Source: a virus. Taken from it: a DNA stretch of 64,000 nt. Below, in pieces: positions 55,732-63,794 of this stretch (within the stretch, counting starts at the first letter, position 1; each line of letters begins with the position of its first letter). Location: the IMG/VR virus record IMGVR_UViG_3300046328_001165, positions 28,684 through 92,683 of that record, one strand, 5' to 3'. Made by a program: the position numbers and the translations under genes. The notes beneath the pieces were generated by a model, which was not told the origin of the DNA, searched no databases, and was given only the letters and a program-made list of their open reading frames with translations.

Positions 55732-56461
55732 ACTTGATGTCCTCCCCAGCGACTTTCAACAGATCGTGATAGCAAGCTTCGATATGCTCGGACATACCGT
55801 TCTCAAAAGGGTTGGAGCCGAAAAATCCGCCGCAGGAGTCAATTTGTTCGCCTTCAGCATCTAAAGTGCTAAAACCATAGATGTCTCCCTGCAAGTATTG
55901 CTCATAGGTCTTTATCTCGGCTTCAAAACACGCGATCGCTTTGGCGCGACTCTCGGCAGAAAGATCGCCGTATTCCTCAATGATTTTCTCGTTCTCTGCA
56001 TAGATAATTCCAGCGAAGGACGTGTCCCACTGGCAGGTATAGCCGTTAAAACTCTTGGTGGTTGAAAGCCAAATGCCAGAATGAACTAGGGCATAAATAG
56101 GAAGCCAAACGAGAGGCTCTTTTTTATACTTGTTGATAAGTTCTTGCCCTTCAGCCCTGTATTCCTTTTCAGAAATCTCGTCGTTATCGTATCGCTCTAC
56201 AAGGTCATCGTGTTCGGGATAGTCTCCAGACTCCCAATCGGGAAGTCCACGGCAACGATCCATTAGCGATCGCATGTCATCATCACCAACAGTGCGATCG
56301 CCACAAAGATCCATCACCTTCCGAATAACCATCTCGCCAAGATTGTCCCATTTGCGAGGGTTAGGTGGGATCTGATCGTGCCAAATCTCGATCTTCTCAA
56401 CAGTGCGAAGCGAGTCGTCGTGATAATCGGCTAACGAAACAAGTTCTAGCTGCCTATTCAT
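55721..56461 (-). CDS. Conserved mobile-element/phage early protein
   Basis: NPRKWDNLG...PIYALVHSGI...WDTS..GIIY...EIKTYEQYLQGDIYGF...DSCGGFFG. Confidence 0.7.
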   Translation of the reverse strand: MNRQLELVSLADYHDDSLRTVEKIEIWHDQIPPNPRKWDNLGEMVIRKVMDLCGDRTVGDDDMRSLMDRCRGLPDWESGDYPEHDDLVERYDNDEISEKEYRAEGQELINKYKKEPLVWLPIYALVHSGIWLSTTKSFNGYTCQWDTSFAGIIYAENEKIIEEYGDLSAESRAKAIACFEAEIKTYEQYLQGDIYGFSTLDAEGEQIDSCGGFFGSNPFENGMSEHIEACYHDLLKVAGEDIKYGN

Positions 56462-56479
56462 GGTAAGCCCTCATACAGA

Positions 56480-56752
56480 TTACGGAACAGAAATAGCCCT
56501 TAATAGCTTTAGGGCGAGCGCCAAAGCCATCGCTCTCGGTCGAGTAGGGCATGATTCTGGAGTTAATTCGTTGCCATTACCCTGCGATATATAGCCGCCA
56601 TAGACGGGGATTAGCGTTGCTTCGCAGGGGCACTCATAGCGATCGCGATACTTGATGACGATGCGACGATCTTCGTAGCGATCGTCCTCTTCTTCAAGAT
56701 CTTCGGCGTTCTCGTTTTCGCCGAAGATGAATTCAATAGATGAAATTTGCAT
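56480..56752 (-). CDS. Hypothetical protein (possibly chimeric)
   Basis: Acidic N-terminus, atypical C-terminus. Confidence 0.45.
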   Translation of the reverse strand: MQISSIEFIFGENENAEDLEEEDDRYEDRRIVIKYRDRYECPCEATLIPVYGGYISQGNGNELTPESCPTRPRAMALALALKLLRAISVP

Positions 56753-56956
56753 TTATCTCCTCCCAGTGATTTTGTACTTGCCAACCAAGTTGCCGTTGAT
56801 GTCAAGCAAGATGCCTTCCTTGTTACCTTCGTCAACCTTCTGGGCGGCAACCTCTAGAAGTCGGCGAATCTCAGCTTCTATATAGCCATCACCAAGTACT
56901 GCGCCTTCTCTACCAAATGCTGCGTTATCACAGTCGAATTCGAGTTTGAATTTCAT
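56753..56956 (-). CDS. Conserved small phage protein
   Basis: FDCDNAAF...EIRRLL...LDINGNLVG. Confidence 0.7.
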   Translation of the reverse strand: MKFKLEFDCDNAAFGREGAVLGDGYIEAEIRRLLEVAAQKVDEGNKEGILLDINGNLVGKYKITGRR

Positions 56957-56958
56957 AG

Positions 56959-57468
56959 TTACCACTTAGGGATGCCGTACAGTAGGGAGAGAGCCTCAAT
57001 ATCCCACTCGGCGAGAGTACCGAGGGTTGCGTAGCAAATTCCGTTGCTCTCAATAGCGACGAAGTAAGCGTCTTCGTCGCTATTTGGAATGGAACTCCAA
57101 GCTTCCATGTGCACGAAGCCCCCACGCCCCATGCGAATAGGAGGGAGAGATCCCAACATGTAGTCAAAGTACTCCTTGGAGATAGGTCTCCAAAGACGAG
57201 TGTTTGACCGCAAATCAGCTTCAAGCGCATCGCATACCTGCTGATCTTTGGCTCGTCGGTCAGCCTCGGCAGCTTCAGCGATCGCGTGGCGATTACCGTA
57301 AGCAATAATATTGTCGATATTGTCATGGAAGATCTCACGAGCAACAGTGGCGGCATTGCGGAGGCGCGATTCAAAGTGCTTGGTCAACGTTTCTCTGTTG
57401 ACAACACCGCCAGCGATAGATCCTGTCTCTATCTCTAGGATCAGGGTGTCGAAGGTTATCCCATCCAA
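56959..57468 (-). CDS. DUF1419-like protein
   Basis: ISKEYFDYMLGSLPPIRM..GGF.HME motif. Confidence 0.55.
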   Translation of the reverse strand: MDGITFDTLILEIETGSIAGGVVNRETLTKHFESRLRNAATVAREIFHDNIDNIIAYGNRHAIAEAAEADRRAKDQQVCDALEADLRSNTRLWRPISKEYFDYMLGSLPPIRMGRGGFVHMEAWSSIPNSDEDAYFVAIESNGICYATLGTLAEWDIEALSLLYGIPKW

Positions 57469-57530
57469 TATGGGCAGTCAACCTTCGCGCTCTAGGTCAA
57501 CGTTTGACCAGTCAGTTTCAAATGTGGACA

Positions 57531-57803
57531 TTAAATCTCCTGTGGATTTTCAAAAACGAACACGGATGCGGAATGAGATAGGGAGCCTTTGTGTAAAGGG
57601 AGGTTTATCTCCCACCCAAGCTTTTCTATTAAAGCGATCGCCGCCAAGAGGCTTGGATCTTGATTACCCTCAATGGGGTCGTCACAGATTAGCGATCGCC
57701 GCTTTCCACCTGCGTTGTGAGGCTCAACAGAAGCCCTCCACTTGCGCGGTGTAAAGTTGGTAGCAGGTATTACCTCTACGGTAATTGCCAGTCTCAACAT
57801 CAA
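57531..57803 (-). CDS. Conserved small phage protein
   Basis: AITVEVIPATNFTPRKWRA...GSL....VFVF. Confidence 0.6.
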   Translation of the reverse strand: MMLRLAITVEVIPATNFTPRKWRASVEPHNAGGKRRSLICDDPIEGNQDPSLLAAIALIEKLGWEINLPLHKGSLSHSASVFVFENPQEI

Positions 57804-58090
57804 TAGCCTCCTGCGGGTTTGGGTGTGGTTGCGGGTTTTGGTGTTTCAGGCTTCTTGTCTCTGGGCTTGTCGCAAATCCAGATAGTTTTATCGGGCTTGC
57901 CCTCCTCTTTGACCGTGACTTTGATGCAGTCATTCTTCGCGACCTTCGGAGGTACGCACATTTTTGTCCCGTTTGGGAGAGTGACTATAGTGCAAGGCGC
58001 AACCTCAACAGGGATATTAAGTTTGTCTGCCGCCACTAAAGGCATGGGAAAGATTAAAGCCGACAACGCGATTGGAAGTATTAATTTCAT
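57800..58090 (-). CDS. Small secreted Cys/Pro-rich protein
   Basis: Signal peptide MKLILPIALSALIFPMPLVAA; 4 Cys in two hairpin units; Pro/Lys/Thr tail. Confidence 0.6.
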   Translation of the reverse strand: MKLILPIALSALIFPMPLVAADKLNIPVEVAPCTIVTLPNGTKMCVPPKVAKNDCIKVTVKEEGKPDKTIWICDKPRDKKPETPKPATTPKPAGGY

Positions 58091-58108
58091 TTTGCAGATA
58101 TAGAGACA

Positions 58109-58140
58109 CACTGAAGTCCACCAGACCGCAGACTTCAGTG
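58109..58140. terminator. Intergenic hairpin
   Basis: CACTGAAGTC...GACTTCAGTG (10-bp stem); T-run on + strand. Confidence 0.45.
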
Positions 58141-58147
58141 ATTTTTT

Positions 58148-58360
58148 TTATTTAATAGTGATTCGCAAGTTCTTTGCGGCGATCTCAAAGGCTTGTTTTT
58201 GATCCGCGTTACGCAATACTACCACAAATTCGTGGCGGTATCCTAAAAGATCTTGCTGCCTCTGTGGGGACAGTTTGTAAAGCCTGAGTTGGCTGATAAT
58301 GCGATCAGTCACATTGCCGACGAGCAGCGCAGCCTTGCCTGATACGGTGGCTACTACCAT
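58148..58360 (-). CDS. Hypothetical protein
   Basis: GGAGG SD before ATG 58360. Confidence 0.55.
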   Translation of the reverse strand: MVVATVSGKAALLVGNVTDRIISQLRLYKLSPQRQQDLLGYRHEFVVVLRNADQKQAFEIAAKNLRITIK

Positions 58361-58602
58361 ATTGGAGCCACCTCCCAATCAATAGCGATTGGATGGAGTT
58401 CGCCATGCGTCTCAAGGAAAGTTGAGACCTCTTGGGTTATGTACCCAAGATCTACGATGGGGTCTAGCACTCCCAAGTTAAAAAGGAACGCTTCAATTGC
58501 GTCCCGAACCTTGGTCTTGTCCCATTCAGGGATAGGAGAAAAGGTCAAATCCAAGTCAGCGCCAATCGAGGCGACGGGGTACACGTTTTTGCGAGTAGGC
58601 AT
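58354..58602 (-). CDS. Hypothetical protein
   Basis: 82 aa; AGGAG SD. Confidence 0.6.
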   Translation of the reverse strand: MPTRKNVYPVASIGADLDLTFSPIPEWDKTKVRDAIEAFLFNLGVLDPIVDLGYITQEVSTFLETHGELHPIAIDWEVAPIW

Positions 58603-58644
58603 CAGAAATTCTCCTGTTTTGATTTTTTGATTTGATTTGATTAC

Positions 58645-58688
58645 ATCAAAAAGCCACTAACTTCGCATGGAAGCAGTGGCTTTTTGAT
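58645..58688. terminator. Intrinsic terminator-like hairpin
   Basis: ATCAAAAAGCCACT...AGTGGCTTTTTGAT (14-bp stem). Confidence 0.65.
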
Positions 58689-58737
58689 TTGCTTGATTGT
58701 TCGTAGTCAGCCCACCAGACATAGCAGGCAGCGAGAG

Positions 58738-58995
58738 CTAGGCATTATTTTTTTTGCAACAGGTGTTAGCAAACTCGATCGCGGCTTCCTTCGCCAAGGA
58801 AAGCGATCTTTTCCTATTGATGGTGATGAGAGTTTGGGGGCGATGCCCGCTCCTCTTTAAGACATAGGCAGTCCAAATATGCTTGGCATCTTTGGAGAAC
58901 TCAATCCAGTATGGCTCCTCTCGGAACGCTCACTGATGAGTGCAGCGCACCCACTTGTCATCTTTGAAGCGATAGCAGTCTTCGGTTCGATTCAT
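58738..58995 (-). pseudogene. Disrupted small gene
   Basis: MNRTEDCYRFKDDKWVRCTHQ*AFREEPYWIEF...; in-frame TGA 58930-58932 and frameshift at G5 58836-58840. Confidence 0.55.
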
Positions 58996-59480
58996 GTGGC
59001 GATCTCCTTATGTCTCAGGTCGTAGGGAGAGTAACTATCGGGTTTCCACCCGCCAGCGATCCTAGACAGGGGCAAGTCGTCGGGGTAATAGCCGTTACCC
59101 TGCAAAGACTCTCTAATCATCTCCATCTCGTCATCGACTGCTTTTTCGGGATCTGGCGAGTGGTACTGAATAACAGTCGGATTGCCATCGATCTGATGGC
59201 AATGGACATATATAGAGCTGCTGTTAGACTCTAGCTCAAAGTTGTAGAACTCATCCCTATCCTCCTCGGACAAAGACTCAGTATAAGCCTCTAGCTCAGG
59301 GGATGGCTCGGTAATAATACCAACGAATTGAAGCCAGTACGAAGGGGTAAATTCACACAAGTGAGTCACCTCAGCATCATTGAAGATGTATACTGAGTAT
59401 ATTTTAGACCCCAATACTTTTTGCTGGATCTCGTCAGCCCAGTCGTGGGTTTCGTCAAGCGCGACTACATTGATTGTCAT
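58992..59480 (-). CDS. Acidic hypothetical protein
   Basis: GGAGG SD before ATG 59480; THLCEFTPSY motif. Confidence 0.65.
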   Translation of the reverse strand: MTINVVALDETHDWADEIQQKVLGSKIYSVYIFNDAEVTHLCEFTPSYWLQFVGIITEPSPELEAYTESLSEEDRDEFYNFELESNSSSIYVHCHQIDGNPTVIQYHSPDPEKAVDDEMEMIRESLQGNGYYPDDLPLSRIAGGWKPDSYSPYDLRHKEIAT

Positions 59481-59589
59481 TGAACCTCCTTTGGATGGGT
59501 TATACCTTGGAACACAGATAGATTTTGTATTGCCCTGCGGCAAGTTGATTCGGGTATATTTTGCCGCAAGTAGCCAAAGCAGAGTCGAA

Positions 59590-60000
59590 TCATGGTTCTT
59601 GCTCCCCTAACAATCGCTGCACAGGCAGCTCGTCAGAAAAATGGATATACAGCTTGGCGATCGTCAACTGTGTGACGGCGCAGAAATCGCCGCCATCGAC
59701 CACGCAGATGTATTTGTTCTCGACAAGCCAACGGAAGGCGGTCGAGTTTTCAGCCAGTCCCGCCCCCCCATCAGGTTTGAGGTTAATTAGCGAGGTTAGA
59801 TTCCCATAACTTCTCCAGTTCGCAACCATCTGGCAGATGGTTTGGCGGACAATATGCTCTTTCTCGGCAGCCTGTCCTGTGCCGCTAAAGAGGGACATGT
59901 ACTCACCAGACGATCGCTCGGAAAGCCAAGTCAGGAAATTGAGAGTTTCAGGAATAGGTCTCTCAATGGAGGTCTTTTGAATTTTTGATAGTTGTGTCAT
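59590..60000 (-). CDS. Hypothetical protein
   Basis: 136 aa. Confidence 0.65.
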   Translation of the reverse strand: MTQLSKIQKTSIERPIPETLNFLTWLSERSSGEYMSLFSGTGQAAEKEHIVRQTICQMVANWRSYGNLTSLINLKPDGGAGLAENSTAFRWLVENKYICVVDGGDFCAVTQLTIAKLYIHFSDELPVQRLLGEQEP

Positions 60001-60002
60001 GG

Positions 60003-60179
60003 TTAGATCCTTAAATCGTCAGAATTTGTGCCAGTTACTACTCTTAAACTGTCAAAGTAGTCAAGAGGGTCTTGTTTATTGTTTACAAGCCTTTGGAACA
60101 ACCCGACATAGGCAATCCATTGCTCTCGTGAAACTTTAGACCTGTTCACGAACTGGGACGCATAGAATTTCCCGTCCAA
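60003..60179 (-). CDS. Small hypothetical protein
   Basis: GGAGG SD, TTG start, 58 aa by hand translation. Confidence 0.45.
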   Translation of the reverse strand: MDGKFYASQFVNRSKVSREQWIAYVGLFQRLVNNKQDPLDYFDSLRVVTGTNSDDLRI

Positions 60180-60203
60180 AATAACCTCCTTGTGGTTACT
60201 AAA

Positions 60204-60608
60204 CTAATTTTGCTCGTCGTCCAAGGTTTCCATAATCCCTTGGATCGTCATGTCCGTGACGATCGCTGCGATCGCTTCTAAACGCTTTGGCAATCCATAG
60301 ACGACTGTGGGGATACCAACATCTATAGATGGAGGAGTGTCGCGATCTCCTCCGTCATAGACCATTGGAAACAGGGTGTATCGGGTAGTCTCGACAGATA
60401 TGTTTCGAGTGATAATCCCTACACACTCCTCTTCCACAGTGACGTTAGAGAACCAAATCTCTAAGCCGAGGTTGTCAAGAACTAGGACATTCTCATCCCC
60501 TCCCTCCTCGTTTTCACGGAGACCGTCATCCGTGATGGAGCAAGGATGCTTGAGGCTTTCGAGTAGTTTGGCGATCGCTGCTAGAGTTTAATGTTTTGAA
60601 TAAATCAT
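60204..60608 (-). pseudogene. Gene with early nonsense codon
   Basis: ATG ATT TAT TCA AAA CAT TAA, then an open frame TLAAIAKLLESLKHP... to 60204. Confidence 0.55.
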
Positions 60609-60803
60609 TTGCTATAACGAAGTTTAGGGTAAAGTTCAGCGGCTTTCTTCTTCATTGATTCAGGTATGGGGTAGTTATCGCCATCCTCCTCGTCAATGTT
60701 TTTGCACATTTCGCCAGATATAGAGAGGGTAAGCAGTTTTAAGAAAGCTAGCTTTCTTTTGTGGCACTATTGTAGCAAGTTTGCGCCAATACCGCCACAA
60801 GAA

Positions 60804-61268
60804 TTAGTCCATGCAGTGACCACGCTGTATGGGGCATGGCATCCGCTTGTGGCGATCGCTTCTTAACTCGAACTCGCGGTTGTCCACGACCCCGAAAGGT
60901 GCGACATAACGCCCTGCTAGTCTTTGGTTTGAATATTCTCCGTAATTCTGGCTATTCACTTCCAGTCGCCCCGCGTCCCATACGGAGCACAAAAACTCCC
61001 ACCCTTTTTGGGTTAGCGGAGAAAGTCCACCGCCCTTGCCGATAAGGATGTCGGCGTTTTTCTCGCTATATTTAGAGCAAGAGCACCCAGACTCTTTTAT
61101 GAAAGCCTCCAAGGGGCTTTCTCCGCCCGAATACTCTGGCGAGTATTCAGACAGGTTCGCGCATCCGTCCTCGCGCTGGACAACCAAACCACTTGCGTAA
61201 TTTTGATTAAAACTGTCTTGCAGTTTTTGGGTTAGGGTTAACCCCTCAGTTCTCACTTTAAAAGCCAT
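60804..61268 (-). CDS. Hypothetical protein
   Basis: 154 aa; GGAG SD. Confidence 0.65.
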   Translation of the reverse strand: MAFKVRTEGLTLTQKLQDSFNQNYASGLVVQREDGCANLSEYSPEYSGGESPLEAFIKESGCSCSKYSEKNADILIGKGGGLSPLTQKGWEFLCSVWDAGRLEVNSQNYGEYSNQRLAGRYVAPFGVVDNREFELRSDRHKRMPCPIQRGHCMD

Positions 61269-61422
61269 AAAAAATCTCCAAATATCTTGTAACTAACGCC
61301 CCTTATGGTACATGGGGAATAAACCAAAGTCCAATGAATAAAGATATCCAGCAAAACCCTACAAACGTTAGCCAGAGCTATTTTGAGGGCTTTGCTAGAT
61401 ATTGCTATAACCTTGGCAGAAG

Positions 61423-61764
61423 TTAGGCGTAATGCTTAACCTCGGCTGGCGTAAAGCCTGGTCTAGAGTTTTTAAACTTGTCGAACAAGGGAAGCTTTTC
61501 AGTCCATCGGCTAAGAAGTGCGTAGGGAACGTGGGTAAACAAGCCGCCACCTGAATGATGCTCGTCAAACTCGATCGCCATACCATCAGGCATATCGCCC
61601 GAAATAATCATAACTTCAAAAGACCCACCGCCCTTGACAGTGCAATCACAGTAGTGATCTGGTGATTGCTGCACAGATAGCGTCACACCTTTGAGCTTTA
61701 AGGCGATCTCGTTCCTGCTTGCTCTGGGAAAGCAGCATTTTGAGTAGTAATCGTAAAAAGTCAC
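61423..61764 (-). CDS. Hypothetical protein
   Basis: 113 aa; GGAG SD, GTG start. Confidence 0.6.
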   Translation of the reverse strand: MTFYDYYSKCCFPRASRNEIALKLKGVTLSVQQSPDHYCDCTVKGGGSFEVMIISGDMPDGMAIEFDEHHSGGGLFTHVPYALLSRWTEKLPLFDKFKNSRPGFTPAEVKHYA

Positions 61765-61820
61765 AACGAAAATCTCCAGAGTAAACCGCCGATGATCTAC
61801 GCCTCGGCAACAGCAAAAGA

Positions 61821-61859
61821 TAACCCGATCACATCTTGGGTAAAGTGGCGATCGGGTTA
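61821..61859 (-). terminator. CGATC-core hairpin terminator
   Basis: TAACCCGATC...GATCGGGTTA, followed by T-rich tract on - strand. Confidence 0.55.
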
Positions 61860-61866
61860 GCGGTGG

Positions 61867-62184
61867 TTATGTTGGCAGATACCGAACTCTCACGCGAGAG
61901 GATATCTGTTTGGTTTTGCCAGAGATCGCTATCTTGATAAACGGTTTATCGGATAGGCGATCGCGCAAGTCTTCGCACTGGGATTTTGTACCCCTAAAAA
62001 GACAATAATCCCCCTTAAAGGAAGTGAGAATATAGTCTTTTTTACCTAGCGCATCCCTCACGCTAGGCGGAACTAAAATGTCTCGATCCTTGTAATGATC
62101 GGGCATATTATCCCTCTGGGTTTCTTGCCAAAGGGAGAGTAGTTCTGGGGCGTATTGCTCCAGCCACTCCTGATCTATAAGCAC
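61867..62184 (-). CDS. Hypothetical protein
   Basis: LFRGTKSQC motif shared with neighbour; GGAGG SD. Confidence 0.6.
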   Translation of the reverse strand: MLIDQEWLEQYAPELLSLWQETQRDNMPDHYKDRDILVPPSVRDALGKKDYILTSFKGDYCLFRGTKSQCEDLRDRLSDKPFIKIAISGKTKQISSRVRVRYLPT

Positions 62185-62237
62185 CTCCTCTTTGTTGATC
62201 TACTTGTTACAGCGCCGATCGGGTAGGCGCATCACTA

Positions 62238-63161
62238 CTACAGGTAAGGGTGAGGCGCAACGATCGCGCCGTCAAGATCCTTAATGTCCACAATCGCGGG
62301 GTAGCCGATCTTGCCCTTCTCGCGGTATGCGAGCGAGTGTTTCGCATAGTTAACGCGACACTCGGCGAGAGTACCCTCAAAGAGTACTTTGGTGAAGTAG
62401 GTAGTCTTGCCAGTCTTTTTGGCTGTGCGGGGCAAGGATACAACGATCCTATGGATCTCTTCGTGGTTTTTGTGGGCGATCGCCTTCTCGCCTATGGCGG
62501 CGAGTTCCTGTCTATAAGCGCGGCGACACTCTGCCAGCGTACCTGTAACCTCACGATCGCCGCATTCCATAGTGTAAGTTTTGTCTGTAGCGATCGCGCC
62601 CGTGGGCGGTTTTAAAGGCGCGATCGGCTCACCCGCAGGGGACAAAATAGATAGATCTGCCCTGTCAAAGCACAGATCTATCTTATTCACTTTAATTTTG
62701 ATCGGCTTGGAGTTGCGATCGCGGTACATTTGCGAGATCTCCTCATGCGTACCCATAGCGATCGCGTATTGCCCCGATAGGACTAACTTAAACCCGCGAT
62801 CAGGCTTGTGAAAGCCTAAAAACCGCACTAGGATGATCTCGCGATCGTGATCATCCATAGTGGCGTAGTTTTGATCTAAGTACTCGATCCCCTTACCGTA
62901 GGAGATAATATGCTTCATTTCTTGGGCGATCGCGCCAAGATCCCGCATTTTTAAAGAGAATGTCTTTGCGACGGCGATCGGCTTTGCGGTTCTATTTTCC
63001 GCTATGACTTGCGGGAGGGCAATTTTATTGCCACTCCTAGACATAGCTAGGTTAGATGTATTATGTTTGGCGCAATGCTTTGCGCTAAACATCTTGCAGG
63101 CGTACTCACTGCCCGAAAATAATTTTTTGCCAGCCGTATTGAATACTGAAAAAGTAGCCAT
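62238..63161 (-). CDS. Basic protein with repeated LFxGTxxEC motif
   Basis: Start at MATFSV (63161); LFSGSEYAC, VTGTLAEC, LFEGTLAEC. Confidence 0.65.
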   Translation of the reverse strand: MATFSVFNTAGKKLFSGSEYACKMFSAKHCAKHNTSNLAMSRSGNKIALPQVIAENRTAKPIAVAKTFSLKMRDLGAIAQEMKHIISYGKGIEYLDQNYATMDDHDREIILVRFLGFHKPDRGFKLVLSGQYAIAMGTHEEISQMYRDRNSKPIKIKVNKIDLCFDRADLSILSPAGEPIAPLKPPTGAIATDKTYTMECGDREVTGTLAECRRAYRQELAAIGEKAIAHKNHEEIHRIVVSLPRTAKKTGKTTYFTKVLFEGTLAECRVNYAKHSLAYREKGKIGYPAIVDIKDLDGAIVAPHPYL

Positions 63162-63235
63162 ATTGATCCTATCGGCGATCCCGCCGATCCTATAGTTGAT
63201 AAAGTTGATAAAATTGGACAAAAAAAACCACAAAA

Positions 63236-63288
63236 AACAGCCAATAAAAAACCCGATCGGGCGGCGATCGGGTTTTTTATTGGCTGTT
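63236..63288 (-). terminator. 24-bp perfect hairpin
   Basis: AACAGCCAATAAAAAACCCGATCG-ggcgg-CGATCGGGTTTTTTATTGGCTGTT. Confidence 0.7.
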
Positions 63289-63297
63289 AGCAAAAAA

Positions 63298-63720
63298 TTA
63301 GAAAATTTCTATATCTAATCTGTAACCGTATTTAGATAAATATCGTGCTAATCTTCTTAAAAAGTCTTTAGGTTTTAAAACCGCTTTACTAGCGATATCT
63401 GTAGGAAGATAGGAAGTGGTAAAGTTGGCAGTCTTGTCATAGTTCAAGATTGCTATGCATAAACGTTTAATCTTGCCATCGATCGAAAATTCGATATAAC
63501 AATAATTACCCAAAATATAACAAAGCGCTTTACCTATAGCGCTTTGCGTCTCAAACCTATTCTTGTCTATAGCAGACATTAAGACGGGCTTTGTAGTTGA
63601 TAGCCTATCTTTACCTGCAACGATATCACCATGAATGATCGACTTATAGTCAGCTTTTTTAAATCTGTCTTGTCTTTCTCCAGTGTTTGGATTGATTTTA
63701 TTTTTATGTTTGTTTGCCAT
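63298..63720 (-). CDS. AT-rich basic hypothetical protein
   Basis: 140 aa between two hairpins. Confidence 0.6.
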   Translation of the reverse strand: MANKHKNKINPNTGERQDRFKKADYKSIIHGDIVAGKDRLSTTKPVLMSAIDKNRFETQSAIGKALCYILGNYCYIEFSIDGKIKRLCIAILNYDKTANFTTSYLPTDIASKAVLKPKDFLRRLARYLSKYGYRLDIEIF

Positions 63721-63751
63721 ACTCTTTAATTTTTTATAGGGTTAAAAATAA

Positions 63752-63789
63752 AATAACCCGATCGCCGTAGAGTAGGCGATCGGGTTATT
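63752..63789 (-). terminator. 15-bp perfect hairpin
   Basis: AATAACCCGATCGCC-gtagagta-GGCGATCGGGTTATT followed by T tract on - strand. Confidence 0.7.
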
Positions 63790-63794
63790 GTTAG

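Noticed and set aside
47960-60608. Stop-codon reassignment explaining in-frame stops
   Set aside because: Both TAA and TGA are involved, and all three stops terminate intact genes normally
63162-63293. 44-aa N-terminal extension of the 351-aa ORF
   Set aside because: Runs through a terminator hairpin and T-tracts; ATG 63161 is the more plausible start
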